Shown piece by piece: positions 22,339-33,757 of a stretch of 64,000 nt of DNA. The position numbers and the translations under genes were made by a program. The DNA is from Candidatus Marinacidobacterales bacterium (lineage in GTDB: Bacteria > Acidobacteriota > Vicinamibacteria > Marinacidobacterales > DATDRI01). Location of the stretch: contig CBDCNP010000002.1 in assembly GCA_965219415.1 (NCBI GenBank), positions 4,704,001-4,768,000 on the forward strand, written 5' to 3'. The notes beneath the pieces are model-generated. The model saw nothing but the letters and a program-made list of their open reading frames with translations. It searched no databases and was not told the origin of the DNA. Every line of letters starts with the position of its first letter. Position 1 is the first letter of the stretch.

Positions 22339-23876
22339 GCCATGAAGGCATAGCCGATGGCCTTGCGCACGCGGGCCGTTGAGATGGCGTCTTCGATGGC
22401 AATCTCCTCATAGGTTTTGCCCGCTTTGATTCGGTCAAGCCAGGAGAGGGCATTGGCGATATTGCGCAGGAGGGTGCGGTCAACGGATTTCGTGGGGTTG
22501 CCCAGAACGAGCTTGGTCTCGACGCCGCGTCGACGCAAGCGGAACGGTGCGTGGATGCGGAGTGCATCCTCGCGAATGCGGTCGGGTCCCATAGACAGGC
22601 AATCAGCGAACGTATTGCGGTCGAGCAGGATGGACACAGAGCCTGGGCTGATATCGACCCGCCGGATGAAACGGAGCAGGCTGGCTGCCGAGGCACTATC
22701 ATCATTACTACCGGAACACAGCCCGTCTAAAAAGCGACGCACCGAGGCGAGCTCTTGCATCGTCGGAGTGTGGATCAACGAGGCCGAGAAGGTCGTGGCA
22801 TCCACATGCTGTCGGATGAGATGCACGACGGTCTGTTCCAGCATCGGGGCGGGCAGTCGCCAGCCGGAGAGGTCCTTTTGGCCACTGTGCTGGATGAGGC
22901 GCCGGGAGACGTAGTAGCGGAGCCGTTGCCCGTTTTTCTTTTTGGTGTGGCTCGGCGTCAGCCGGTCCCCGGTCTCATCGAAGAGCTTGCCTGCCAGTGG
23001 GGAACGGGTTGCACGGCCCTTCGTCGTGCGTCTCCTTGGTTTGGCAGCCCCTGCCTGCAGCTGCGTTTGAACCGCGTCCCAGAGCTCCGGAGCAATGATC
23101 GATGGATGCTGGCCCTCGTAGACACGCCTCTGGTGCCGGATGCGGCCGGCGTAGAGAGGATTGGTCAGCAGGCAGTGGAGGTGTCCGCGACGGAACGGCA
23201 GCCCGCCCGTTAGGGTTCCATCCGCGGCGAAGCGTCGCTTGGTGCGCAGTCCCAGACGGTCCGCGTCGGCCTTCACCTGCCGGAGCGTTCCGTGCTTTCG
23301 GTACAGCGCATAGAGCGTCCGGACCGTTTCGGCCTCAGCCTCGTTGATGCGCAGCGTGCGCTCGTCCTTCTCATAGCCGAGCGGTACGCGGCCGCCCATC
23401 CATAGTCCCTTGCGCTTGGAGGCAGCGACCTTATCGCGGATCCGCTCGGCCGTGACTTCTCGCTCGAATTGTGCGAAGGACAGCAGCATATGCAGCGTCA
23501 GTCGTCCCATGCTGGTCGCGGTGTTGAAGGACTGAGTCACCGAGACGAAAACCGCGCCGGCCGCCTCGAGTCGCTCGACGAGCTTTGCAAAGTCGGAGAG
23601 GGAACGGGTCAGCCGGTCGACCTTGTAGACCACAATCTGCTCGACGAGACCGGCATCGATGTCGGCGAGCAAGCGCTGTAGGCCCGGGCGCTCCAGGGTT
23701 CCTCCCGAGATCCCCGCGTCCTCGTAGACGGTTGGCAGCAGCACCCAGCCCTCCGCTTTCTGGCTTGCGACATACGCGGCGCAGGCCTCTCGCTGCGCAT
23801 CGAGGGAGTTGAAATCCTGTTCGAGACCCTCTTCAGCGCTCTTTCGGGTATAGATGGCGCAGCGGATTTTTGTCAT
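22339..23876 (-). CDS. Large serine recombinase, C-terminus clipped by an IS
   Basis: CAIYTRKS, VDRLTRS, NPLYAG recombinase domain; the natural tail is seen at 53385-53520. Confidence 0.9.
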
Positions 23877-23877
23877 G

Positions 23878-24304
23878 TCAGGCCTTGCGCTTGGGCGTCA
23901 GACCGAAAAAGCGTGGTCCTGACCAGTGTGTGCCGGTGATTCGCTTTGTGATGGTGGTGAGGGACGGGTAGGTTTTGCCGTCGAACCGATAGCCGTTATC
24001 GAGTACCTCGACCTGGTAGGTGCGGCCATTCCACTCACGAATGAGATGGGTGCCGGCAGAAACGGACCCTGCGGGAGCAGAGTGTTTTGGTGTGCCGTTC
24101 GCCATGGCGGCCAGAGCGCGTCGGGTTGCAGCCGAATGCCCCCCATGGGTCCGGCATTGGCGTTCGTACGCAAGAACGCGGCGCAGGAGAGCGCGTGAGA
24201 GCGAGCTTGGTGGAGCGGACCCAAAGGTCTGCTCCCAGGCCCGCCGCAGGCTGGCGAGGTCCAAACCGTCCAGAACGACCCTCCGGCCAGCTCTTGTATC
24301 CTGC
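23878..24304 (-). CDS. DUF2924 domain protein
   Basis: GTHLIREWNG...YPSLTTITKRITGTHWSGPRFFGL; directly upstream of the recombinase. Confidence 0.88.
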
Positions 24305-24819
24305 GGCATCACCGGACGTTCGCTCTTTTGCGCCGTAAAGTCCAGTCCAATGGGCGCTTCCGCGGGTGCGCAGTTCGCGGCCTGCAGCTCGTCCTGCAGC
24401 CGATTTGAGCCAGCCGTGCGTACCCCAGTGGGCCTGTCGCCCGCCACCCGCAGCCCAGGGGTCGGAAGCCAGCCCTGCGGCGCGAAATACCCTCGATTCT
24501 GCGCGGATTCCAAGGGCGTCTAAGCTGCTGATTTGTGGTCTATTTCAAAAGGGCCGAGTTTTGGCACAGGACGGGAAGGATGACGCGTTGTTCTTCCATC
24601 GGAGTTGGACCGGATTCTGCACATACGTCGTACGTTTCGCCGCAGACGGGGACACCTGGAGGATGATTCGGGCGGACATGAATCGAGACCGCCGGCAGTA
24701 CGGGGAGACGGATGACGACGGGGGTCTTCGATGGCAATCTCCTAAGCGCTGCACCTCAACCGACCGTTCCGCACGTCGAACGTACCAACTCCTTCAGACG
24801 GTCTCTTGTGCTGGACGAC

Positions 24820-25935
24820 TCAGGGGGTGGCGGGTCCGAGTTTTTCCGCCAGAAAAGCCAGCGTCGCAGCATCGCGGAGTCGACACACGACGTTCTGGTT
24901 CGCGAAGATCCCCGGCATCGTGTACGCATCGGATACGGAGACAGTCTGAACCCAGCGCACCGCTGCCAGCCACTCGCACTTCTCTGCATCGTCGGAGTTC
25001 TTCTTCAGGCCCGGCTGGTCGAGTTCTGCGTCGAGTATCGTACCGGTCTCCCCGATCTTAAACTCCTTTACCGGCACAGCCTTGGCCACGACCTCACCCA
25101 GTCCAACGTATCCCGCACCTTTCTGATACGCGTAGATCTTGTCTCCAGGCTGCAGCTTTCGTAGTGAGCTACTCCATTTATGCGCGCCGCCGGCCGACAC
25201 GAAACCGTATCGGCGGAAATCCTCCCAGCTTCGTGATTTTCCCTCGGCGACATTTACGTAGAAGTAACCGGTCCAGTCGCCCCGGATTCGATGACGCTGT
25301 GCAATGCTTTTCTCTCGGATCCGCACTTGGTAGTCGGCAGCTTCGGGCAACGGGATTATCTGCTGCACATCAAGTAGTACACGAGCTCCGAGTCGGTAGG
25401 GCGAAATTCGGATGCAGCGGATATCAAGGTCGCGCCCGCTCAACCACATCACGGCGGTCGTGAGCTCTCGAGAGAAGTCCTGGGCGACGAGCAGGACTCG
25501 AACATCTGAGGCGAAGCTCTCCTCGTCGACATCGTCCCATTCGAGAAAATCAAGAATCTCCTGCTCTGGGTCGGTGTCCTTGCCATCGAGTGTGAGGATT
25601 CCACGATAGGCTTCTACCGCTTGCGCGAAGGTCATTGTCGAGACCATTGCTGCGTACCGGAGCGCTTGCAATTCCATGTGGCCACCATCTTCGGTTCTCT
25701 TCAACTCAATCACCACCAGATTGGCTTTCCGGTCAAGGGCGAGCAGATCGATACGACGGCGACTCTCTTCCCAGTTCCCGTACTCTTCCGCGAGCACTAG
25801 CAAATCTGGGTCCAGAATATCGATTCGCGACCTGAAAATTTTTTGTAGGTTTTTCCTCTCCTTTACTTCCTCGGCGATGAAGGAGGTCTTCGGCAGCTGG
25901 ACGATTTGGTCTTTCTCAAGTTCGAAGATGCTCAC
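24820..25935 (-). CDS. NucS-like PD-(D/E)XK nuclease with C-terminal EVE/PUA-like domain
   Basis: RIDLLALD...VVIELKR; C-terminal RSWED..YGFVSAGG...LQPGDKIYAY..GYVGLGEV. Confidence 0.7.
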   Translation of the reverse strand: MSIFELEKDQIVQLPKTSFIAEEVKERKNLQKIFRSRIDILDPDLLVLAEEYGNWEESRRRIDLLALDRKANLVVIELKRTEDGGHMELQALRYAAMVSTMTFAQAVEAYRGILTLDGKDTDPEQEILDFLEWDDVDEESFASDVRVLLVAQDFSRELTTAVMWLSGRDLDIRCIRISPYRLGARVLLDVQQIIPLPEAADYQVRIREKSIAQRHRIRGDWTGYFYVNVAEGKSRSWEDFRRYGFVSAGGAHKWSSSLRKLQPGDKIYAYQKGAGYVGLGEVVAKAVPVKEFKIGETGTILDAELDQPGLKKNSDDAEKCEWLAAVRWVQTVSVSDAYTMPGIFANQNVVCRLRDAATLAFLAEKLGPATP

Positions 25936-26662
25936 GAATCACCTCTACAAAACGCGATAACGCTGCCAAATTTGTCGAACCGCGCAGCCTGATGCAGGGC
26001 CGGAAGTGTGGGCCTGCGCAGTGAGCGTGGCCTCTTCCCCCCTTCGGGCGGCCTTTACTGCTCGCACGAGGTCTGCTCCTTCAGCGAATCGACTAGGCCG
26101 GACGGGTCGAGATTACCATAAGACTCGTTGTATTCCTTAAGGGTGACCATCCCGTCCTGTGCCAAAACTCGGTTCTTTTGAAATAGACCATCAATCAGGG
26201 TTGTGATCCGCAAAAAAGAAGATCGCGTATTGACGGGCAGACAGCCATGGGAGTTGAGGTCCTGCGAACTCGTCTTCGCCTCGGTGGAGGTTCTGCACTC
26301 TGTTGCTGCCGGGCCACCGACGCAATAACGTGCTCGAGAAAGAACGCTTTGTTCCCCGTCCTGTGCCAAAACTCGGTCCTTTTGAAATAGACCATAAATC
26401 AGCAGCTTAGTGTCTGTGTTTGCGACCGGGCCAAGGGCCGTGGGCTTTACAATCGTCTGGCCCGAGGGTGTTATCTTCAGATCCATGATGACGTACCACT
26501 CGTCGTCGCGAAACGGCCAATCCTGGCAGGTCTAAACCGCGGAATCAGTGACGGATCGAGTTTTTGCGGAGCACAGGTGTTTCAATATCGATAAACCACC
26601 CCGGTCTTTCCCGCTCGAGCAAGACTTTCGTACCCGCTATGAGAATGCGTTATGCTGATACC

Positions 26663-26899
26663 ATGGCGAGGCTCCGAGGACGCACCAAGCTCGCCAGGCT
26701 GATGGTCAACCTGGACCGCCCGACCTACGCTTCCCTAGTCGAAGTCGCCAAACGGGAGGATGTATCGGTCTCATGGGTGGTCCGCTACGCCATAGAGGCG
26801 CTTCTCGAACGGGATGGTACGACCGCTGTCGGACCAGCGCTCGCGTCGACGATAGACCAAGGCAACCGGATCAGTTTCGGCGATATCGCGCCACAATGA
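26663..26899 (+). CDS. RHH/CopG-type regulator of the RM operon
   Basis: LMVNLDRPTYASLVEVAKREDVSVSWVVRYAI; ATGA overlap with the MTase. Confidence 0.75.
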   Translation: MARLRGRTKLARLMVNLDRPTYASLVEVAKREDVSVSWVVRYAIEALLERDGTTAVGPALASTIDQGNRISFGDIAPQ

Positions 26900-29088
26900 G
26901 CATCGAACGGAGGTTCGACGTTTCGCTCATCGCGCAAATGGCGCTCCGGGAGAAGCAGATCCAGCAAAACTACCGCCCCATCATCGGTGTTCACAAGTGG
27001 TTCGCCCGCCGTCCGGGAACCTTGTTTCGTGGCCTCATCCTCGCGGAATTCAGCGACGACTACCTGGAACAAGCCTTTTTCCAATCGAATGACTTTCCCG
27101 GCCTGCGGATCGTCGACCCTTTCATCGGTGGTGGCACGCCACTGATCGAGGCAAACCGCGTTGGCTGCAACGTCGAAGGCTTCGACGTCAACCCTATGTC
27201 CGCCTGGATCGTCCGCGAGGAGATCGAGCACCTCGACATTGGCGCCTACGAACGGGCGGCGAACGCCCTCATCGCCGCACTCCGTGCCGAGGTCGACCGC
27301 TACTACAGGACTTCCTGCCCCCTCTACGGCGACGAGAATGTACCTGTCAAATCCTTTCTCTGGGTCAAGGTACTCGACTGCGAAGCCTGCGATTCGTCCT
27401 TCGATTTGTTTCCAGGGTACCTGCTGGCGGAGAATCGCCGGCATCCGAAGAACGTCCTAGTCTGCCCTGCATGTGGTGATCTCAACGAAGTCGAAGATCG
27501 GAAGAACCCCGGAAGTTGCACGACCTGCGAGGCCGCACTCCACCAGGCCGGACCTGCTCGCCGCAGACGATGCGATTGTCCGCACTGTGGCCATACCAAC
27601 GCCTATCCCGGTAAAAGAAAGACCCCACTCGACCACCGCCTCTTCGCGATCGAGTACTACAACCCTGAACGGAAGGCCGAGCACAAGGGCCGTTTTTTCA
27701 AAAAGCCCGATGCAGAGGACATCGCCCGCGTGTCTGCCGCGACGAGGCAATGGGAGCAGATGGCGGCTCGCTTCGTGCCAAAACAGCACATCCCGGCTGG
27801 CGACGAAACGGCTCGCCTGCATCGATGGGGCTATTCCAGCTATCGCGAGATGTTCAATCCGCGTCAGCTCCTCGGCTTGGAACTGAGCTGCCGACTGATT
27901 GCCGGGACCAAAGATGAGCGCATCCGCCATGCGCTCGCTACCAACCTTTCCGACCTTCTGCGCTACCAAAACTTGCTGTGCCGCTACGACACGATGGCAC
28001 TCAAATCACTGGACATCTTTTCGGTCCACGGCTTCCCCGTCGGCTTAGTGCAGTGCGAGTCCAACCTGCTGGGGATTGTCAACAGCACCGGGTCGAATGT
28101 CGGCTCCGGCGGTTGGTCCAACATCGTGGCCAAGTATGTCAAGGCTAAACGCTATTGCGAGGCGCCTTACGAGGTCCGGCACACGGGCTCGCGCAAGGTC
28201 CGGGTTGCGATTGAAGGCGAACGGATCGGCGGGAGTCTCAACGGAGACCGTCGCCGCGTAGCCATCCGTTGCAAGAGCGCGACCAAGACTAGGTTTGCGG
28301 CCAATAGCCTCGACGCCGTGTTTACCGACCCGCCTTACTTCGACAACGTGCAGTACGGAGAGTTGATGGACTTCTGCTATGTCTGGCTACGGCGCCTCGT
28401 CGGGAAGGAATCCGAGGGTTTCGACCGACTGTCGACACGATCACCGGACGAGTTGACGGGCAACGTCACCCAAGAACGTAGCCTCGAGCATTTCACCGAA
28501 GGGCTATCCGAGGTCTATTCCCGCATGGCTCGAGCCCTGAAACCGGGCGCACCCCTCGTCTTCACCTACCATCACAACAGGCTCGACGCCTATTGTGCCG
28601 TCGGTGTGGCGATCCTGGACGCCGGCCTTGTCTGCTCCGCATCCTTGCCTTGTCCCGCGGAAATGGGCGGCTCGATCCACATTCACGGAACGATGTCGTC
28701 GATCGTCGACACCGTGTTCGTCTGCCGGGTATCCGGCGAGACGCCCGAGAAGTGGCTATTCGACTCGCCCGAGCGACTGGTCGAGATCGTCAGCGAGGAT
28801 CTCGCGCAATTGTCGACCGCTGGCAGGAGGGGCACCTACGGCGACACCCGTTGCATCGTTTTAGGCCACCTAACCCGAATCGCCGTATGGCAGCTCCGGA
28901 CGGACTGGGATCGATCGAGATCGACGGCAGAGAAGATCGTCGCATTGCGCGACACAATGAATGGATACGGGGACCCCGATGAGCTTGCGCGACTGGCGGC
29001 AACCGCCGAACCACCCGGAGACTTGCCGCTGTTCGCGCCGATAGCGACCCGGCCGGAGGAAGGAATTCAGAGTGCCGTTTCCTTTTGA
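26896..29088 (+). CDS. Amino-DNA methyltransferase (DUF1156-like) with Zn ribbons
   Basis: VHKWFARR, DPFIGGG (motif I), several CxxC pairs, TDPPY (motif IV). Confidence 0.88.
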   Translation: MSIERRFDVSLIAQMALREKQIQQNYRPIIGVHKWFARRPGTLFRGLILAEFSDDYLEQAFFQSNDFPGLRIVDPFIGGGTPLIEANRVGCNVEGFDVNPMSAWIVREEIEHLDIGAYERAANALIAALRAEVDRYYRTSCPLYGDENVPVKSFLWVKVLDCEACDSSFDLFPGYLLAENRRHPKNVLVCPACGDLNEVEDRKNPGSCTTCEAALHQAGPARRRRCDCPHCGHTNAYPGKRKTPLDHRLFAIEYYNPERKAEHKGRFFKKPDAEDIARVSAATRQWEQMAARFVPKQHIPAGDETARLHRWGYSSYREMFNPRQLLGLELSCRLIAGTKDERIRHALATNLSDLLRYQNLLCRYDTMALKSLDIFSVHGFPVGLVQCESNLLGIVNSTGSNVGSGGWSNIVAKYVKAKRYCEAPYEVRHTGSRKVRVAIEGERIGGSLNGDRRRVAIRCKSATKTRFAANSLDAVFTDPPYFDNVQYGELMDFCYVWLRRLVGKESEGFDRLSTRSPDELTGNVTQERSLEHFTEGLSEVYSRMARALKPGAPLVFTYHHNRLDAYCAVGVAILDAGLVCSASLPCPAEMGGSIHIHGTMSSIVDTVFVCRVSGETPEKWLFDSPERLVEIVSEDLAQLSTAGRRGTYGDTRCIVLGHLTRIAVWQLRTDWDRSRSTAEKIVALRDTMNGYGDPDELARLAATAEPPGDLPLFAPIATRPEEGIQSAVSF

Positions 29089-30100
29089 GGTCACTTTCGA
29101 CCAGCTCCAATCTGATCTCGACACCTATGTCGACGCTGTCTTCCGCTGTCTCGAGTCCGAGTTTCTCGTCATGCCCAAGGGCGAAGGGTTCGTCGAATTC
29201 CCAGCATTTGAGAACGGATACGAAGCCCTGAAGCGCGCCACCGGGAGCTTCCGCAACGTTACACCCGACACTATCACTCCGGTCATCGTCCAAACACCGA
29301 TCGCCCTTATCGTCCTTCGTTGCATGCTGGGCTTCACGCCACCGGAGTGGGCCTACTACGCCAGCCGGCACACCGGCGTCGAGGTGACACAGGGCGCGGC
29401 CCGCACGATCGACAGGAACATTCGCATGGACCCGGAAGCCCAATTGCCGAAGGGAGGTGTGACCGAACGGCGCATTCGCGCACTGATCACCGCCGCCTGC
29501 CACGCCCTGGAATCCGGTGTGCCGGAACAATCCTCCGATACCCTTCACAGGCTCGAAAAAGCCGACACCAAGGCCGGACTGGTCAGCGTTCGATCATCGG
29601 CCGACCTTGGAGTTCCCTATTCTATCCTGCTCTACGAACGTCTTCTCGGCCGTCCTTTTGCGGGCCATCGTGATTCCATCAGCGAGCTGATCGGCAACAT
29701 CGTCGAGAATGCTATCGAGGACGCACTTTCCCGCGCGGGCATCAGCTACCGGAAGACCAAGCGGGCGGAGCGCCTCCACGGATTCGATCAAGCACCCGAC
29801 TTCGTCGTCCCGAACGAATTCAATCCCCAAGTGGTCATCGAAGCGAAGCTAACCGAGGACGACGGCACCGCGCGCGATAAGGTGACCCGCGTCCAGCATC
29901 TCGGCTCGCTCAGCATGCAGGGCGAGCCTCCGAATCAACCCAGATTCGAAGTCGTCGCCTGCATCGCGGGACGCGGATTCGGCATCCGACGCCAAGACAT
30001 GAAAAAACTGCTCCTATCTACGCGCGGGAAGGTCTTCACGTTACAGAACATGTGTCAGCTGGTAGACCACACCCGTCTTGCCGAATTCCGCTCTCGGTAG
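29072..30100 (+). CDS. Putative restriction endonuclease (PD-(D/E)XK)
   Basis: APDFVV...VIEAKL motif; overlaps the MTase gene end. Confidence 0.75.
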   Translation: MPFPFEVTFDQLQSDLDTYVDAVFRCLESEFLVMPKGEGFVEFPAFENGYEALKRATGSFRNVTPDTITPVIVQTPIALIVLRCMLGFTPPEWAYYASRHTGVEVTQGAARTIDRNIRMDPEAQLPKGGVTERRIRALITAACHALESGVPEQSSDTLHRLEKADTKAGLVSVRSSADLGVPYSILLYERLLGRPFAGHRDSISELIGNIVENAIEDALSRAGISYRKTKRAERLHGFDQAPDFVVPNEFNPQVVIEAKLTEDDGTARDKVTRVQHLGSLSMQGEPPNQPRFEVVACIAGRGFGIRRQDMKKLLLSTRGKVFTLQNMCQLVDHTRLAEFRSR

Positions 30101-30227
30101 CTAGCCCGATGCATCGACGGCTACCAACGTCTGAGCGAGGTTCTCGAACACGCGGAGGTTGCCGCCTGATATGATACTCTGATGACGGAGTGGAGGGTGC
30201 CGTTCTTTTTCCACGAACCTCGGGACA

Positions 30228-30375
30228 CATCCGACATGCGGGATTGAGACATCTGCGATTCTTCACTTCGGCTCGGCCCTGACGATGAGAGAACTGTGTC
30301 TTCGGAATTCTGGTTCAAACTCTAGCACGCAGACGGGTTAGGGGTTGGCCGCCAACACTTAACTGCGGAAGCACC
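30228..30375 (-). mobile_element. IS1-family left-end remnant
   Basis: Near-identical to about 16880-17023. Confidence 0.8.
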
Positions 30376-30691
30376 CTGTGGTGGCATCACTGAGTGAAGT
30401 GGAAATGTGAGAAGCTTCCGGATGGATCAGTACTGGTCAGGCCGCCGACCTCGGCCCCGATCTCTTCGGAGAAGAAAGTGCTGAATTGGCCAAGGCCCAT
30501 GCCGCCGTTGAGCAAAGGGTCGTCATAAGCGCGCGCGGTGGGCTGCGCCTGCCTGAAGTGCAACGCCGCTTCATCTGGCATTCGACCCGCATCGGCGACC
30601 TGCTCGCATCGCGCTACCGTAGCGATTCTGGTCGTTTCCCCACGAAACCGTACCTGCAATTAGCGCCCCCTCGACTCGAGACGGAAAGCCC

Positions 30692-32788
30692 ATGAAAGCC
30701 ATCGACTGTCCCTTTGCAAAAATCATCAATGGAACCTCCCAGTTTCTAATTCCCGTCTTTCAGCGCGACTACAGTTGGAACGAGGTGGAGTGCGAACAGT
30801 TGTGGCGGGACATCCTCCAGATCGCATCGGATCCGTCCGAGCGAGGTCACTTCCTGGGGTCCGTCGTCTACATCCCGACGAGAGACACCTCGGCTGCATT
30901 CACTCGCTGGCTCCTAATTGATGGTCAGCAACGCGTCACCACGCTGACGCTCCTCCTGGTAGCGCTTCGCGACCACATCGTCGAAAGCGAATGGTCCGGG
31001 ACCGATGATGGGCCGACCGCGAGGCGTGTCGAGGCTTACTTCTTGAAGAACGTCGAAGAGAAGGGTAGCCGCCGGCCCAAGCTCGTGCTGCGTCGTCGCG
31101 ATCAGGCGACCTTGCGGGCGATCCTCGACGGAAATGAGCCTCCCAAGGAGATCTCTGAGCGCATCCGAGATAACTACGACTGGTTCCGCGAGCAATTAGC
31201 CAATGCTGACCCTGAGCTCGTGTACCGCGGCATCAACCGGCTGATTGTCGTCGATGTCACCCTCGATCGTGGCACTGACAACCCTCAGCTTATCTTCGAG
31301 AGCCTGAACTCGACTGGCATGGATCTGAGCCAGTCCGACCTGATCCGTAACTTCGTCCTGATGCGCCTTCCGGAGGCGGAACAGACCCGTTTGTATGAGA
31401 CCTACTGGAGTAAGATTGAGAGTCTTTTCCGTGGCTCTGAGAGGACCTTCGACGCGTTTGTAAGGGACTACCTTGCGCTTCGGTCGCGTGCCACAAAACA
31501 AGAGAAGGCCGACGAGATCTACTTCGCCTTCCGCCGCGAGTTTGGAGCCATTGGGACTGAAGAGAAGCGACTCGACAAGTTGCTCGAAGAGCTACTACGG
31601 TTTGCTCGTTACCACGCTGCTTTCAGCCTCGGAGCCGCCGTGCCCGAGCCAGTGCGAAAGCCTTGCGCGCGCCTGCGGCGCCTTCTGGACGTTCCCGCCA
31701 TCCTGATAATGCGACTATTCGAGTGTTACGATGTGCACGGGACGCTGGAGCCCGGTACGTTCGCGGAGGCCATCGAGCTGATCGAGAGCTACGTGTTTCG
31801 GCGCACGATCTGCGGCGAGCAGACTCGTGGGTACTGGCAAGTATTCGCGAACCTCGCTTACCAGATCGATTCCGTTCGTCCGCTCAAGTCCTTGGCTGTC
31901 GGGCTCGCCAGGCAGCGAGACACGTACAGATTTCCGGACGATACAGAGTTCCATCGGGCGCTCACGGATCGTGATGTCTACGGGAAGCGGGTGTGCGTTG
32001 ATCTCCTGGACCGACTCGAGAACTACGGCAGCCAGGAGCCCACCGACACCAGCAACTATTCGATAGAGCACATCATGCCGCAGAACGAGAAGCTGTCGTC
32101 AGAGTGGCGACAGATGCTCGGCGCGGACTGGGCCGATATTCAGCAGCATTGGCTCCATCGCCTCGGCAACCTCACTCTGACTGGCTACAACAGCGAGTAC
32201 TCGGACCGCCCGTTTGACGAAAAGAAGACCATCAGCGGGGGTTTCGAAGAAAGTTCGGTTCGACTCAACAAGTATGTCCGCGAGCAAACGCAGTGGACGG
32301 CATCACAGATCGAAGCTCGCGGAGAGTTGCTGGCTCGGCGGGCGCTCTCGATCTGGCCGCGGCTTGAGGTTGATGCCGCTCTGGTCCAGGCGGCTGAACA
32401 TGAGGACATACGGCAGCGTGCCAAGCGGAGAGATGTTGCCAAGGTCCAGATGACAGAGGTGGCCCGCGAACTCTTCGAACAGCTTCGAGCGATGGTCCAC
32501 GAGATTGACAGCGACATCATCGAGCTTGCAGAGCCTCGCTCTGTTAGCTACCACGGGCCTGAGTTTTTCCTCGAGGTCTTGCCCCGAAAGAACCGTATCA
32601 ACCTGCTCCTTGCGCTCGACTTCAACGAAGTCGAGGACCCGCACGGTATCGCCAAGGACACTTCGCAGAAGAAATTCTTTGTTCACGCGCAGTACGAGGG
32701 GGGCGTATACATCCCTATCTGGAGTCCCGAGGACATCGAGAAGGCGTTACCAATCGTCCGGCAGGCACACGCTCTAATCTCTGCTTAA
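30692..32788 (+). CDS. GmrSD-family type IV restriction protein (DUF262 + DUF1524 HNH + C-terminal DUF5655-like)
   Basis: IPVFQRDYSW, IDGQQRVTT, IFESLNSTG, SIEHIMPQ...LGNLTL. Confidence 0.92.
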   Translation: MKAIDCPFAKIINGTSQFLIPVFQRDYSWNEVECEQLWRDILQIASDPSERGHFLGSVVYIPTRDTSAAFTRWLLIDGQQRVTTLTLLLVALRDHIVESEWSGTDDGPTARRVEAYFLKNVEEKGSRRPKLVLRRRDQATLRAILDGNEPPKEISERIRDNYDWFREQLANADPELVYRGINRLIVVDVTLDRGTDNPQLIFESLNSTGMDLSQSDLIRNFVLMRLPEAEQTRLYETYWSKIESLFRGSERTFDAFVRDYLALRSRATKQEKADEIYFAFRREFGAIGTEEKRLDKLLEELLRFARYHAAFSLGAAVPEPVRKPCARLRRLLDVPAILIMRLFECYDVHGTLEPGTFAEAIELIESYVFRRTICGEQTRGYWQVFANLAYQIDSVRPLKSLAVGLARQRDTYRFPDDTEFHRALTDRDVYGKRVCVDLLDRLENYGSQEPTDTSNYSIEHIMPQNEKLSSEWRQMLGADWADIQQHWLHRLGNLTLTGYNSEYSDRPFDEKKTISGGFEESSVRLNKYVREQTQWTASQIEARGELLARRALSIWPRLEVDAALVQAAEHEDIRQRAKRRDVAKVQMTEVARELFEQLRAMVHEIDSDIIELAEPRSVSYHGPEFFLEVLPRKNRINLLLALDFNEVEDPHGIAKDTSQKKFFVHAQYEGGVYIPIWSPEDIEKALPIVRQAHALISA

Positions 32789-32802
32789 TCGGTCGGTAGG
32801 GT

Positions 32803-32968
32803 GGTGCTTGCGCTGTTTACTGTTGGTGATGTGTACGCATCCCTTTGCAAAAAAGTCGCTTACGCTCCATTTAGCGCGCAGCGAAGGTCGTGAGCGCCAT
32901 TTTGGCTGTAATTTAATGCACCGTAGAGTCTTAGTGTCATCTCAGCAACATTTGATGGCGGAAGCACC
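32803..32968 (+). mobile_element. 166-bp IS1-related MITE
   Basis: Full copy. Confidence 0.85.
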
Positions 32969-33757
32969 GGCACGGCCGCAAATACAGACACTAAGCTACT
33001 GATTTATGATCTATTTCAAAAGGGCCGAGTTTTGGCACAGGACGGGGAACAACCGCAACAGGAGCAAGGAGAAGCTCACGATGGAGGACCCCGGGTCATA
33101 TACTACATACCGGATAATGGGCGTATGCGGAAAATGCCGGGGGACGAGATCGTGCAATTGCCAGAAGAAAAGCGAAATGGCTCAACGCGGTTCGAAGGAG
33201 ATGAATGACGAATGAGCCAACGGGCAAAATCCCGCTTTGTGGCCAGAATCCCCGCCAATCCTCACTATTGTCCAAAAAGTAGCAAAATGCTGAAGGCACC
33301 CGATGTGCTGCGGAGTATTCAGAAGGCGCCATTCGCGGCGAGTCATCCAATAGGCGAGTTCGGGCATCCGCGTCCGACTGCATAGAGTCCGTGTCCACCC
33401 CGCCTATCGCGGAGCGGCCGTGGCCGAATCACGGCGGAGGACAACGATGGAGCCTGACCAGAAGCCCGCTGCGCCAGACGGTTCCCCCGCTGATGCTCAG
33501 GGTGCCGACTATAATAAATGATGAAGGACACGCAACCGATGCACCGATGGGTGCTTCCGCAGTCAAGTGTTGGCGGCCGCTGCGTAACCTGTTCGCGTGC
33601 TAGAGTTTTAGCTTGATTTCGATAGACGCAGTTCTTTCGTCGATGCCGGCTGGGCCGAGTTTTGGCACAGGACGGGGACGGATCCCGTCCTGTGCCAAAA
33701 CTCGGCCCTTTTGAAATAGACCACAAATCAGCAGCTTAGACGCCCTTGGAATCCGCG

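Noticed and set aside
33045-33549. Short ORFs and a possible small RNA upstream of cas3
   Set aside because: No motif or CRISPR-repeat similarity seen; only an IS481-like right-end remnant (ATGATGAAGGACA, about 33517-33529)
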